From positions 14,592,534 to 14,656,533 of the forward strand of contig CM120644.1 in the NCBI GenBank assembly GCA_051362555.1: a DNA stretch of 64,000 nt, read 5' to 3'. Of the stretch, positions 1 through 15,200 are shown one piece after another. The translations under genes were made by a program, and so were the position numbers. The stretch is from Lingula anatina (Eukaryota; Animalia; Brachiopoda). Position 1 is the first letter of the stretch. Each line of letters opens with the position of its first letter. The notes beneath the pieces are model-generated. The model was not told the origin of the DNA. It made no database searches and was given only the letters and a program-made list of their open reading frames with translations.

Positions 1-267
1 GTCTCTCCACTTATGATTTGCGTAAATGAGATACAGTGCACGTGACCTGCTAATCTTTTCTGTGCTGAGTTTGGCAGACTTAGGAGACCTTAGAAGATAG
101 CAAAAATAGCAATGTCCATTCTTGGTAATTGATTCAATATATAAGAACACTTTTTGAAAAATATCAGCGAAAAATGTTACAGATTAAAGATAACAGAAAA
201 ATTATATCTTGTGGTAAACTATCACTTTCTCTACACACTCTCTCTCTCTCTCTCTCTCTCTACACAC

Positions 268-3200
268 CGACATTCCTCTGCCTGTTTCCTTCCAAAAGCG
301 TGATGCTCTCAGGTTTCTTCTTTTTCATCAAGCGTGGGGTGGCGCCATCTGGAGCATCGAGGGGATTCAAGAGACCCACACGGAACTGCTCCTCAAACTT
401 GTCAAAGTCAATCACCTGAAAATATATATATGTTTAATTTGAAACGAAAAAAGTAAATGAACAAAATCTGCCTGTTTGGTCCATTTTTTTTAATTACAAG
501 GGTTGTTTCAGGCCAAAGACTTCATCATGGGGGCAAACAGATCAAAAACACACACTTTTTTCCTTTTACTGAGTAATGAATGAATAAATGAACAAGAATA
601 AAAACAGATATTGACAGTAAATTATTGTGCAAATTCAACAGACAGTTTGTTATTAGTGTTGCATACATTAATCCCATTTCAAATTTTGGATAAAGAATAC
701 TTTCAAAAGATAAATTCAAAGTGAATAAAAGGTTATAAAGGTTTTGCAAAATTGGTTAAGAGTGATTTCCAAGTTAAACCAATGTGCTGCAAATGTGTAT
801 TATCTACAAAAAATGTACATATATGAAAATAAAAACGTACTGAAGAAAAAAAAAACTAACCACAACCAATTCATTCCATTTCAAAGTTTGCGAAAATAAG
901 GACAAGTTACAACCAAATGTTTTTCTATCAAAACAGTACTTTATATTATAGTACAGTACTTTTAAGCAAATGACTGCCAAATTGTAAGTATATATATAGT
1001 GAAAACAACCAAGAAAACACTTTGAAATGTCAACACTTTACTGCAAACCCTACAGTTATAAACACAATATGCTACTACATAAATACAGAATGTCACATCT
1101 ATGGCTTTTGTTATTGTGCAAACCCTGAACCACCATTCAAAATCATCAAAATCTATTTCCTGAAACAGTCAGAGATCCAAGCTAAATACTAGGAAATGTG
1201 AATATCGATTTGGAAAATTAAATTTAAGTTGGATTTTTTCTTTTTTCAAATTCAGATATGGTATTACGGAGAAGGTGCATTTCCAGGACAGTTTTATGGC
1301 AGCATAAGCCATGCTGAAAAAAAATCAACTTTGTTCGTACTAGCTATTGAAATAGCTCCCTCTCCACACATACACATCTCTCACTTTCTGAATCTCCCTC
1401 CCTCCCCCCTTCTCCCTCTCTCTCTCCCTCTCTCTCTCTCTCCGGACTCATACTCTTCACTTAAAAAAGATTTATGCCATTTATGCCATGTAGTAATCCC
1501 ACCTACACACATATTTTGCCTATGCCCCATAAATATTAATCCTAATTAACTTACATTGTACAATTTTTCATCATCCAGCTCTGAGAAGACCGTTCCCTTC
1601 ACCTGCTGTGGCTTCATGGCGACCCAGTTTAGAGATGGAAGCTTGAACTTTGGGGTTATCTTCTTCTTGATGGGCATGGCTGGAAAACAATAAAAATTTA
1701 ATTATATAAAGCAAAAAATAAAAATAAAGAGCACTGAACAAGTGCAGAAAAAAAGAACAATAATTATATAAAACATACTATCTATTTAATATTGCAAGAC
1801 CCAGATTCAGTTGAATCAGTAACTGCTTCTTTTTCTCCTACATAACTGTCTATCTTGCAAATTGCATTAGAATTCTTTGAGTAAATACTGGGCTAGATCT
1901 TTTCAACAGGGAAAATTATCAATTTTGCCCAAACTGTATTTTTCACAAGTCATAAATTCTTAAAATCAAGAACAACCCCATTGACTAGTAGCAACAAAAT
2001 TAAAAAGCAGGCTGCACTATACTTATCGTATATACTGTAACAGTAAAAGAAACACAACTGTTACGCAGAAATACAATTTTTAATGATTCAAAAACCATCT
2101 ATCTGAAGGATTAATAATTTTTCCACTGAAAAAATAAAGAGTCACACAACTACTCCTACACCTGAATGTTGGCCTTTAGAGGTCAACCGAGGTCTTTGTG
2201 AAAACTGTGTATGTTAAAGTTGTGGGCTTGGATAATATTAAATGGGTTTATGGGAGCCACCCCTACTCATTTTGTACAAGGAGGTGCATTCTTTTTATAA
2301 ATTTTTTTTATAAATAACTTGAATTGGATCATTTGTTGTGGCCTAAGTTTATAAGAAATTGCTCTACCAAATTATTTTAAGCTAGTTATAACTAAACTTG
2401 CTGTAAACCACACTGTTTAAAAGTGGTCACACTTACCCGGCATGCCTGGTGCCCCCATCCCTGGGGGAGGAGGGGGTGGCGGGGGTCCTCCACCTGGCCC
2501 TGGGGGTGGTGGTGGTGGAGGTGGAGGGGGTGGACCCCCTGGTCCTGGGGGTGGGGGAGGAGGTGGTGGAGGGGGTGCCACTGTAGATTGGGTTGGAGCT
2601 CCTGGTACATAAGCTCCACCTGAAATGAAGAAAGTTCATCATTATTTACTTTTCATGTATAGAAAAAATTCAAATATGTTGTGTTGAGTAAATTTTCTAG
2701 TAAGGTTTTATTTAGTTACACAGTTATAAACTACCTTATTTCCTTTAGCTGCTGCATTATTTTTTTAGTCTAATAGAGCCCAATAAAAATCATCACGCAT
2801 AACATTTTGCATATCAAAGCCATACAAAGATTTCTACTAACATCAGATGGAAATCATATTTAAAAATAAGTAAATTTTTGATTTACCTAAAATTGGTAAT
2901 GAAAAAACTTACACAATATGAATGTAAATTGCAGAAAATAATGAGCTATTCAGAATAATGAGGTAATTAGAATTCCAAGTTGAAATGTCCTTTAACATCT
3001 GCCAAAAGTCAAAATTACCTTTGAAACTCTTCCGTAGTTTCTCCAGCTCCTCTTTGTGTTGGTTTAAAAGATTTAATTGCGACTGTGCATCAGACTCTCG
3101 TTCTGTCACTGTCCTCTGTAAAGTGCTGATTTGGAGTTCAGCTTCTTTGGTTTTATTCTGTGAAATAAAACAACTTGTGATGGAATATCTCTTGCTGTTT

Positions 3201-6200
3201 ATGTTTTCTTTCTTTTTAACTTATTTCTGGAACTTTTTAAACAATTCTAAAAATATATATATAATTTAAGCTCTATGGGGCAGTATTTATAGAGATAAAA
3301 GATAACTGAACACTTTCAGAAGTCCATGATGATTTTCTGTTCCTAATTACAAAGCAAATTTCAGATACAATTCAATTAATAAATAAAATTAAGTGAAGAT
3401 GCAATAAAAGAAGAACAAAGCAAAATCTGTCTTATGGATTATTTTGGGCAAATAACTCACCTCATTTTCTTTACCATTTATTATATTTCATAAAATTTTA
3501 TTGGTCCTTATTTTATTTTATTCATTTTTACACCACCACGAACTAAAAGAATCCTTCCTTACCTGTAATTCTTCATTATTAGTTAAAGCATCTGTTAACT
3601 GTTTTTCTAACTCCACTGGAAAGACAATTACAGCCAATATGTTACCAATTTTCCCCCACATAGAATTTTACAAAATAACAAAGTACAACAATATATTTTG
3701 TTGGGAGGCAAAAACACAAATGCAACATTTCATGAATATCTCTTTTTTTACATATTATTTCAATAGTTTACTTAGGTTTTATAAAAGGATATTCTATATT
3801 ATATGAAAAAAAAACAACAAAAAACAAATAATAATAATATCAATCATTATTCTACATTCACAATGATTACTGTCTAAGACCATCTTCTTCTAAGACAACC
3901 TACCTATTTTCGCCATTGATTCTTCTTCAATCTCTTGCATTTTTTCCACTGTCTATAATTCATGAAATAATAAAATATTCAGTTATTTACAATTATCCAT
4001 ATCTTCTACTGTCAAAAAACTTTTCTGGCCTTCAGTTATTACTTCAAAAACAAACATACAAGATGGAATTGAAAAAGCTTATCTTAAAAATATTTCAAAA
4101 TCATGACAAAATTTGATCCAGCCCTTTTCTTTTTTTCTCAATTTTGTCTCAGCTATGAAAAATGATTTCTTGAAGTTTTCATGTAAAAATGCACCCGGTG
4201 AAATATCTTCAATCACAATAAAAGCACAATCCATCCTCCTTACCCTAGAGAGCTCTTCCTCCATCTCATTGGCATGTTCAATGGCGGCTGCTTTGGCCTC
4301 AGAGTCATCAAGTAGCACCGCCACATCTATCATATTGTCCAAGTAAGCACTAACTTGAACTGAAAGCCGGTCACTTTCTGTGAGACGTAATTTCTGAAAG
4401 AAGAGGAAAAAGAGATATACTGACCTTATTCTTGTTATGTGATACAGAGTGTACTATAAATAAATGGTAATATCATAAACTGACTGTAATAATAATGGTA
4501 ATACCATAAACCAAGTATAAAAGTTCTTCATATGATTATATTTAGAATGAAGTCGACTGTGTGAAGCACAGATCTAGATGCACATCCCACCCTCCAGATT
4601 ATGTGGTGCACTTCATAACCCCATCTTAAATTTGTGTTTGGTGCGGCAACCTTCCAGTAGGATTAAAGTTCAGAAATGACAAGCTAGCATGAATGAAAAT
4701 TTGAAAATAAAGGTGGCAAAACAAAGGCTAAACAATGTGAAGGCTAAACAATGTGAAGATACTTACTTCTAAGAATGTATCGAGTCCTATGACTGTGAAC
4801 TCGTACTGTAAATGGACGCGGAAGTTCATGTCTTCTACTGAGTGGACAATAATATTCACAAACTGCATACAAGCTACCTGCAATTCCAAATCCATCATTT
4901 GACATAATTAACTTAAAACATACAAGATATTACAGATTTAAATCCATGTAAATGCAAATATTACAAAAATCACAGACATCAAATCTCAACTGAAAATCAT
5001 GAATTCTACAAATGAAAAAAAAAAAAAAAAAAAAAAAAAGCAACTATTTGTAATTTCTATCACGTTTCAAATGTAAATTCTGAAGGACATACAAGTAAAA
5101 AAAAAAAAAAAAAAATGAAATATATTTTTTTTTGCTGTTCTTAACAAACAATGCATAAATGCCATCTTCTACTCCTCACCATAAAATCTACATGGAATTC
5201 TTCATAGTTTTGAAAATACTCCATCAGTGTTTCAAACCGGTGTCGCTCGTTACACACCTAAAATTAATTTGAAATCCTTTTAATTAACATTTATTATGTA
5301 ACTTTTAAATTTCTGATCAAGCATATCCCAACATCACATCTTAATTTTTTTTATATAATAATTTAAATGCTTATTTATGAAATAAAAATCAAAATGTATA
5401 TTAATATACTACAATTAGTTGCACATGAATGATACAAATGTCTGGATAAATTGAAATTACAATTAGATGTATTTAATTGATTTAATTAAAAAAAAAAACT
5501 TACATCTCTAAAATTGTCAAAGGCTGCTAGCACCAATTCATGTCCCCCACTCACTAAACACACTGCTGCTAAAAGTTCTAGTACTAAAGCTTTGGTCCTG
5601 GAATTGCACAACAAAAATAAATTAAAAACCTAATTAAATATCAATAATAATAAATTCAATTTCTTTAGTAAATAACTTTGATCAACTTGAATGAGTTCAG
5701 GAGTTTTGCATTTTTTTACTTGAGTCCCAGGCAAAGGAAAATGGCCTACTATGTGCCGGCAAAATTTCAACAAAAGAGAAGCTTCTCAAAACATTTCTTT
5801 TTTTTTTTATTACTTTCACTTTTTCCAGTTTATAATCCCTTTCAGGCTGACACAATCACACGGCTGATACTGAAACCATACTGAAGTACAGTGAGAGTTC
5901 TATAATTCTATTAGGTAACTCCAATACAAAGGAAGATAACCTACCTTAAACTCCTGTGATTGAGACTGAGAGTTATACAGTTGATGGCCTGACTGTGGGC
6001 AGTCACCAGGTTAAAACCATACTGAAATACAGCAACAAGTATCACATTAGCTGGTTAAAAGATATTGAAAAAAAATTCAAACATGGATATTTCCATACAA
6101 TAAACAAATAAATAAAATAAAACTAGAGGATCAGAGAGGCGATACCGCCTCCGAATATTGTACCACCAGCTGGAGCAAGCGCATTCGTATAGACCCCCAC

Positions 6201-9200
6201 ATACACAAAATAAGGGACACAGCCCCCAGTCTTGTGCTTGACAAGCTGTAAACATGCAATCAACAAGAATTTTCAATATATGCAAAAAATATATGAAACT
6301 AAAAATGGTACAATCAAATTTAAGTTCATTGTAAGGTAGGTGAAAGCTCATTTTCAAGGTCACAGTAAATTGCCAGTATATGACTTCCTATTCAAGTTCA
6401 ATAGTAACTATGGACCTATCTCTGCCAGGTTTGGAGTTAAAAGAGAAAGAAATTAGCAGAGTTCAGTTCATGATAATAAGTAGATCAAAGGTCAATTTTA
6501 CGGTCACATTTAGATTGCCAGTATATGACTTCCTATTCAAGTTCAATAGTAACCATGGACCTATCTCTGCCAGTTTTGGGGATAAAAGGGAAGCAAAATT
6601 TGCAAAGTTCAGTTCATGGTGAAAAGTAGGTCAAAGGTCAATTTTAAGGTCACATTTAGATTGCCAGTATATGACTTCCTATTCAAGTTCAACAGTAACC
6701 ATGGACCAATCTGTGCCAGTTTTGGAGATAAAAGGGAAGCAAAATTTGCAAAGTTCAGTTCATGGTGAAAAGTAGGTCAAAGGTCAATTTTAAGGTCACA
6801 TTTAGATTGCCAGTATATGACTTCCCATTCAACTTCAATAGTAACTATGGACCTATCTCTGCCAGTTTTGGAGATAAAAGGGAAGCAAAATTTGCAAAGT
6901 TCAGTTCATGGTGAAAAGTAGGTCAAAGGTCAATTTCAAGGTCACATTTGGATTGCCAGTATATGACTTCCTATTCAAGTTCAATAGTAACCATGGACCT
7001 ATCTCTGCCAGTTTTGGGGATAAAAGGGAAGCAAAATTTGCAAAGTTCAGTTCATGGTGAAAAGTAGGTCAAAGGTCAATTTTAAGGTCACATTTAGATT
7101 GCCAGTATATGACTTCCTATTCAAGTTCAACAGTAACCATGGACCAATCTGTGCCAGTTTTGGAGATAAAAGGGAAGCAAAATTTGCAAAGTTCAGTTCA
7201 TGGTGAAAAGTAGGTCAAAGGTCAATTTTAAGGTCACATTTAGATTGCCAGTATATGACTTCCCATTCAACTTCAATAGTAACTATGGACCTATCTCTGC
7301 CAGTTTTGGAGATAAAAGGGAAGCAAAATTTGCAAAGTTCAGTTCATGGTGAAAAGTAGGTCAAAGGTCAATTTCAAGGTCACATTTGGATTGCCAGTAT
7401 ATGACTTTCTATTCAAGTTCAATAGTAACTATGGACCTATCTCTGCCAGTTTTGGAGATAAAAGGGAAGCAAAATTTGCAAAGTTCAGTTCATGGTGAAA
7501 AGTAGGTCAAAGGTCAATTTCAAGGTCACAGTAAGATTGCCACTATATGACTTCCTATTCAACTTCAATAGTAACTATGGACCTATCTCTGCCAGTTTTG
7601 GAGATATAAGGGACTAATTGTTATAATTTTGGAGTTACCATAATGTGCCATAAATTTCCTACAGAAAAAAATTAATTAAAATAAAGAAAACATCACTTTG
7701 GTCAAAATTCTTAAAATAAGAGGTGCTCTGAAGTTCCAGAAGTTCAAATTTGATGAAATAATGTCATTTTTGACCACAAGTTGTCTGCTTTGCCAAGCCT
7801 TATGTATTATTTTTCCAGAGTTCAAAATTTATTATCCATTACCGTACTGCACATTTTGCTTTCACCACCAATATGTACTTTTTGATACAGCGTAACTTGA
7901 AAACCGTATGGAATACAAAAAAACGGAGACCACCTCCAGTGTTGGGCTTTACATGCTCTACAAAATGCAAAAAAGAATGGGTCTCTAGCATTAACGGTTC
8001 CCAAATTAGAGACAGTTTTCAGTTTAGGTACTTTATGGCCGCTACTCCCGTGAAAATGCACTGATTGACCCCAAATTCACGGAGATGAAAGATGACCCGA
8101 AGGGTAACACTTTCCAATAATATCATTGGTAAAGTCTATGTGGTGTCTGAATAACAGGGCAAAAAAAATTTTTTTCGTAAAAAATTTCATTTTTTTGAAA
8201 ATTTTGGCCCGTTTGACCTTGAAATAAAGGTCAAAGGTCAAATCCAAGGGCATATTTGAAATCTACACATATGACTTTTGGAAAGCTGTCTGTAGAAATT
8301 TTTCCCATAACTCCTTCTGTAGGGTAGATAATTGGCATTTAATTTTGCCATTTTTAGACAAGGGTGCATTGCAATGAGTGCCACACCTAGACCCCAATAC
8401 CGACAAAGCCCAAATTTTACGTGGAACGAGTTGAGATTATAGGTGACCTAAATCCAAGAGATGGGTACAGGGGCCCTTACCGTCTAGGAGGAGAAGCGGT
8501 AACGGTGACTTGGCGGCGGAGCCGCAGGAGCCGCAGGAGCCGGCGGAACATACGGGTCGGGACTAAAACCATGGGTACCGCCAGCGCCTACGCTGGTGGT
8601 ACAATAAAAACTAGAGGATCAGAGAGGCGATACCGCCTCCGGATATTGTACCACCAGCTGGAGTAAGCCCCACCACCACCACCACCACTTGTGCTGTGAT
8701 TGACAAAATTAACTAATTGCAATAAACCAGTTCTTAAAATATGCCAAAAGAAGGGAAAAACTGCATAACCTTTGTAAAAATTGTTTGATCAACCAGTTTT
8801 GGAGACATAAAACTCAGTTCATAGTAAAAAAAATGGTAAAAAATAGGTCAAAGGTCAATTTCACATATTGTCAGTATATGACTTCCCATTCAAGTTCAAT
8901 TGTAGCAATGGGCATATCTCTGCCAGTTTTGGAGATATAAAGGAACAAAATTTTGCAAAGATAGTTCATGTTGAAAATTAGGTCAAAGGTCAATTCGAAG
9001 GTCACAGTAAGATTGCCAGTATATGATTTCCTATTCAAGTTCAATAGTAACTATAGGGACTGAAATGTTGCAAAGTTCAGTTCATAGTAAAAAATAGGTC
9101 AAACGTCAATTTCAAGGTCACAGTTAGATTGCAAGTATATGACTTCCTATTCAAATCAGTAGAAACTATAGGCAAAACTCTGTGAGTTTTGGAGGTATAA

Positions 9201-12200
9201 GGGATTAAAAATGTGTAAAGTTTAGTTCATGGTGAAAAATAGGTCAAAGGTCAATTTCAAGGTCACAGTAAGGTAGCCAGTATATGACTCCTTATTCAAG
9301 TTCAATAGTAACTATGCTAATTTTAGATTATTTCACATTTTATTTTCACCCATGAATATTGCAACATTGTACTATTTGATATAGCACAACTCCTAAACCA
9401 TATCGAAACAAAAAAAAGGATACCACCTTCAGTATAGCGCTTATCAAGTTCTACAAAATTCAAAAAGCCATAGGTCTACATAAGTCATTTCTGGTTTGAG
9501 AATTATGGAGAGTTTTCAGTTTTGCCATTAGATTTCCTAATGGCTGTGTCTCCCGTGAAAATGCACTGATTGACCCCAAACTTTTGAAAATGAAATAAGT
9601 CCCTAATTGTAACCCCCCACTGTAATATGAGAGCTTAGGTCTGTGTAGTTTCTAAAAACTGGCAGAAACAAATATTTTTTTGCAAAAAAATTCCCATTTT
9701 TAGAAAATTTTGGCCCATTTGACCTTGAAATAAAGGTCAAAGGTCAAATCCAAGAGCATATTTGGAATCTTCACATATGACTTTCGGTCAGACTTCTATA
9801 GAAATTTTTCCCATAATTCCTTCAGTTTGGGAGATATTTGGCATTGAATTTTCAAAAATTTTGACAAGGGTGCATTTCAACGAGTGCCAAGCCCAGGCCA
9901 TTGCGCCAATTGAGACAAAAAAACCAGGGGGTTCAAGTTGAGATTATATGTGACCTAAATCCAAGAGATGGGGACACGAGCCCTTGCGGTCTAGGAGGAG
10001 AAGCGGTAACGGTGACTTGTATCCGGCGCCAGAACGCGGAGCCGGCGGAGCCGCAGGAGCCGGCGGAGCCGCAGGAGCCGTACGAGACGGGTCGGGACTA
10101 AAACCATGAGTACCGCCAGCGTACACGCTGGTGGTACTAATAACTTATTTTAGCCAAAATGCTTGTGAATTGTTTAAAGGACCTAGAGGGTTTTTAAAAA
10201 GATTTGGTTTCTGTGGTGAAAATTCGCAAGTTATAGACGGTAGGTAAAGAGTAAAGATTGCATTATATCTAATTTCTCAAACAAGTTGAGGTAATCTAAA
10301 ATGAGTACTGATACTGCAAATCTAATGAAAACATGGCACTGGAGCTTTAAAAACACATGTGCCGGCAAAATTTCCACAAAAGAACTACTTCCCAAAACAC
10401 TGCATTTCTTTGTTTTTTTTTCTTATGAATTTTCACTTTTTTTTTCCAGTTTATATTTCCTTTCTGGCTGATACAATCACATGGCTGACTTACAAAGACT
10501 GTAAACAAACATCTACTATAACGTTGTAATGTAAAAGCACTTATCAACTTCCCTACACTCAACAGTAATTTCTCCCCAACTTCAATTTTTTTTTCCCTTA
10601 AGGCCACACTTTTTTAATTTTATGGATGACATCCTGCGCGCGCACCGATTTTCGTCCGCTCTCCAAAAAAAAAAAAAAAAAAAAATCCCCCCCCCCCCCA
10701 AGGAAGTCGGTTGTCGCAAACGTCTCTATTGAATTTGCCGGAAAATGCAATCGGCAATCCTCGGCTAATTTCGCAAGCTCCATACTGTCATTGTCAACTG
10801 CGAAGACATCCGAGTAGTTCCGAGTGCGGAAAATGAGCTTTCTTCGCATGCGTATTATCACCACTCGGAAATATGGCAGCTTTGCCGTCAAATTCATCTC
10901 TAGCATTAATTTCAAAATACACGACAATTAAAGTCATAAAGAGAACGGGGTCGTCGTTTTGGATTGGTTTGCCATTGATATTGGTCATGGAGATATCACC
11001 CTTTTACAATTATACGAAAGGCTGGCCGCGGCCAGCGATCATCGCCCGGAAAATTTCAGTGACATACTGTCCAAAGCAGCACATACCAGGTTTTTTTTTG
11101 TAGCGAAAAAAGGGTCGACAAGAGCGTCGTGGTATTTGGTGGACTGAAGGTCGGACAGGCCGCCCGATAGTTGGCTGCTACGTGTGAGTCGAAGTAGACA
11201 AAATGGCATCGACCGAAATTACCTTTTTTAGATTTGGTAGTAGGAAACTTAGGCCTATCTTTGCTTCATTTTTTTAAACAATTCTGTGAAGTGTTTACAA
11301 TGCTTTAATTTTCTGAGAGTACAAATAAAGACACGCTATTATATTTGTTTTATTGATTGCTATACCAACAGAATGCAAGAAATAACCTTAAATAGATTTG
11401 GTAATATGCAGCTTATATTCATGACTTTTTACCTTTCTACGAAGGTATATTCATGATTTTTTACCTTTCTATGAAATAGGCCATATTCACAATGCTTTAA
11501 TATTTTGAGAACATGGATAAAGACATATTGTTAGTTTGATACGTGTTTCTGTGGTAAATTAGTGTTTCCAGCTGTGTACTGAAAACGTAACTTTTCTTAA
11601 GCAGGTTTTTTTTTTTTGGACTGTTTTTTTTTTTTTTTCGCCCGCTCACACCGATTTTGGGGTCCCCAGAGGATGTCATCCATAAAAACTAGAGGATCAG
11701 AGAGGCGATACCGCCTCCGAATATTGTACCACCAGCTGGAGCAAGCGCATTCGTATAGACCCCCACATACACAAAATAAGGGGTGCAGCCACCAGTCTTG
11801 TGCTTGACAAGCTGTAAAAATGCAATCAACAAGAATTTTCAAAATATGCAAAAAATATATATAACTAAAAATGGTGCAATCAAAGTTAAGTTCATTGTAA
11901 GGTAGGTCAAAGGTCAATTTCAAGGTCACAGTAAATTGCCAGTATATGACTTCCTATCCAACTTCAATAGTAACTATGGACCTATCTCTGCCAGTTTTGG
12001 AGATAAAAGGGAAGCAAAATTTGCAAAGTTCAGTTCATGGTGAAAAGTAGGTCAAAGGTCAATTTCAAGGTCACAGTAAGATTGCCAGTATATGACTTCC
12101 TATTCAACTTCAATAGTAACTATGGACCTATCTCTGCCAGTTTTGGAGATAAAAGGGAAGCAAAATTTGCAAAGTTCAGTTCATGGTGAAAAGTAGGTCA

Positions 12201-15200
12201 AAGGTCAATTTCAAGGTCACATTTAGATTGCCAGTATATGACTTCCTATTCAACTTCAATAGTAACTATGGACCTATCTCTGCCAGTTTTGGAGATAAAA
12301 GGGAAGCAAAATTTGCAAAGTTCAGTTCATGGTGAAAAGAAGGTCAAAGGTCAATTTCAAGGTCACAGTAAAATTGCCAGTATATGACTTCCTATGCAAG
12401 TTCAATAGTAACTATGGACCTATCTCTGCCAGTTTTGGAGATAAAAGGGAAGCAAATTTTGCAAAGTTCAGTTCAAGGTGAAAAGTAGGTCAAAGGTCAA
12501 TTTCAAGGTCACAGTAAAATTGCCAGTATATGACTTCCTATTCAAGTTCAATAGTAACTATGGACCTATCTCTGCCAGTTTTGGAGATAAAAGGGAAGCA
12601 AAATTTGCAAAGTTCAGTTCATGGTGAAAAGTAGGTCAAAGGTCAATTTCAAGGTCACAGTAAGATTGCCAGTATATGACTTCCTATTCAACTTCAATAG
12701 TAACTATGGACCTATCTCTGCCAGTTTTGGAGATAAAAGGGAAGCAAAATTTGCAAAGTTCAGTTCATGGTGAAAAGTAGGTCAAAGGTCAATTTCAAGG
12801 TCACATTTAGATTGCCAGTATATGACTTCCTATTCAACTTCAATAGTAACTATGGACCTATCTCTGCCAGTTTTGGAGATAAAAGGGAAGCAAAATTTGC
12901 AAAGTTCAGTTCATGGTGAAAAGAAGGTCAAAGGTCAATTTCAAGGTCACAGTAAAATTGCCAGTATATGACTTCCTATGCAAGTTCAATAGTAACTATG
13001 GACCTATCTCTGCCAGTTTTGGAGATAAAAGGGAAGCAAATTTTGCAAAGTTCAGTTCAAGGTGAAAAGTAGGTCAAAGGTCAATTTCAAGGTCACAGTA
13101 AAATTGCCAGTATATGACTTCCTATTCAAGTTCAATAGTAACTATGGACCTATCTCTGCCAGTTTTGGAGATAAAAGGGAAGCAAAATTTGCAAAGTTCA
13201 GTTCATGGTGATAAGTAGGTCAAAGGTCAATTTCAAGGTCACAGTAAGATTGCCAGTATATGACTTCCTATTCAACTTCAATAGTAACTATGGACCTATC
13301 TCTGCCAGTTTTGGAGATAAAAGGGAAGCAAAATTTGCAAAGTTCAGTTCATGGTGAAAAGTAGGTCAAAGGTCAATGTCAAGGTCACAGTAAGATTGCC
13401 AGTATATGACTTCCTATTCAACTTCAATAGTAACTATGGACCTATCTCTGCCAGTTTTGGAGATATAAGGGACTAAATGTTATAATTTTGGAGTTACCAT
13501 AATGTGCCATAAATTTCCTACAGAAAAAATTAATTAAAATAAAGAAAAGGTCATTTTGGTCAAAGTTCTTGAAATGGGAGGTTCTCTGAAGTTGCAGAAG
13601 TTTAAATTTGATAAAATAATGTCATTTTTGACCACAAGTTGTCTGCTTTGCCAAGCATTATGTTTTATTTTTCCGGAGTTCAAAATTTATTATCCATTAC
13701 CGTACTGCACATTTTTACGGAAGCCGACTGGTGCCATATGTTGAAAAAAAAAATTATCTCGAAATTTCGAGATAGCATTTTTTTTGTTCAAATTTCAAAA
13801 TACTATCTCGAAATTTCGAGATAAATTTTTTTGCTCAAATATCAAAATGCTATCTCGAAATTTCGAGATAATTTTTTTTTTGTTCAAATTTCAAAATGCT
13901 ATCTCGAAATTTCGAGATAAAAATTTTTTTTGTTCAAATTTCAAAATAGTATCTCGAAATTTCGAGATAATTTTTTTTTCTACATATGGCACCAGTCGGC
14001 TTCCGTACATTTTCCTTTCACCACCAATATGTACTTTCTGATACAGCGTAACTCGAAAACCGTATGGAATACAAAAAAACCGAGACCACCTCCAGTGTTG
14101 GGCTTTACATGCTCTACAAAATGCAAAAAAGAATGGGTCTCTAGCATTAACGGTTCCCGAATTAGAGACAGTTTTCAGTTTCGGTATCTTATGGCCGCTA
14201 CTCCTGTGAAAATGCACCGATTGACCCCAAATTCACGGAGATGAAAGATGACCTGAAGGGTAACACTTTCCAATAATATTATTGGTTAAGTCTGTGTGGC
14301 GTCTGAATAACAGGGCAAAAAAATTTTTTTTCGTAAAAAATTTCATTTTTTTGAAAATTTTGACCCATTTGACCTTGAAGTAAAGGTCAAAGGTCAAATC
14401 CAAGGGTATATTTGAAATCTACACATATGACTTTTGGAAAGCCGTCTATAGAAATTTTTCCCGTAACTCCTTCTGTAGGGTAGATAATTAGCATTTAATT
14501 TTGCCATTTTTAGACAAGGGTGCATTGCAATGAGTGCCACACCCAGACCCCAATACCGACAAAGCCCAAATTTTACGTGGAACGAGTTGAGATTATAGGT
14601 GACCTAAATCCATGAGATGGGTACGGGGGCCCTTACCGTCTAGGAGGAGAAGCGGTAACGGTAACATGGCGGCGGAGCCGGCGGAACGGACCGGACGGGA
14701 CCGAAACCATGAGTACCGCCAGCGCTAACGCTGGTGGTAAATTTTTTTGTTCAAATTTCAAAATAGTATCTCGAAATTTCGAGATAATTTTTTTTTCTAC
14801 ATATGGCACCAGTGGGCTTCCGTACATTTTCCTTTCACCACCAATATGTACTTTTTGATACAGCGTAACTCGAAAACCGTATGGAATACAAAAAAACCGA
14901 GACCACCTCCAGTGTTGGGCTTTACATGCTCTACAAAATGCAAAAAAGAATGGGTCTCTAGCATTAACGGTTCCCGAATTAGAGACAGTTTTCAGTTTCG
15001 GTATCTTATGGCCGCTACTCCTGTGAAAATGCACCGATTGACCCCAAATTCACGGAGATGAAAGATGACCTGAAGGGTAACACTTTCCAATAATATTATT
15101 GGTTAAGTCTGTGTGGTGTCTGAATAACAGGGCAAAAAATTTTTTTTTCGTAAAAAATTTCATTTTTTTGAAAATTTTGGCCCATTTGACCTTGAAGTAA

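Noticed and set aside
5873-5891. 18/19-nt copy of the FMNL exon 7 acceptor region (6014-6032) in the next intron
   Set aside because: No downstream donor or exon-like frame. It looks like a small local duplication next to a dispersed repeat (about 5750-5868, similar to 10357-10488).
6376-13470. 146-bp tandem arrays and their ORFs (e.g. MTSYSSSIV..., MHFHGSSG..., MYFLIQRN...) as genes or CRISPR
   Set aside because: Head-to-tail satellite without unique spacers. The ORFs recur only because the non-autonomous element recurs, and they have no Rep/helicase motifs.
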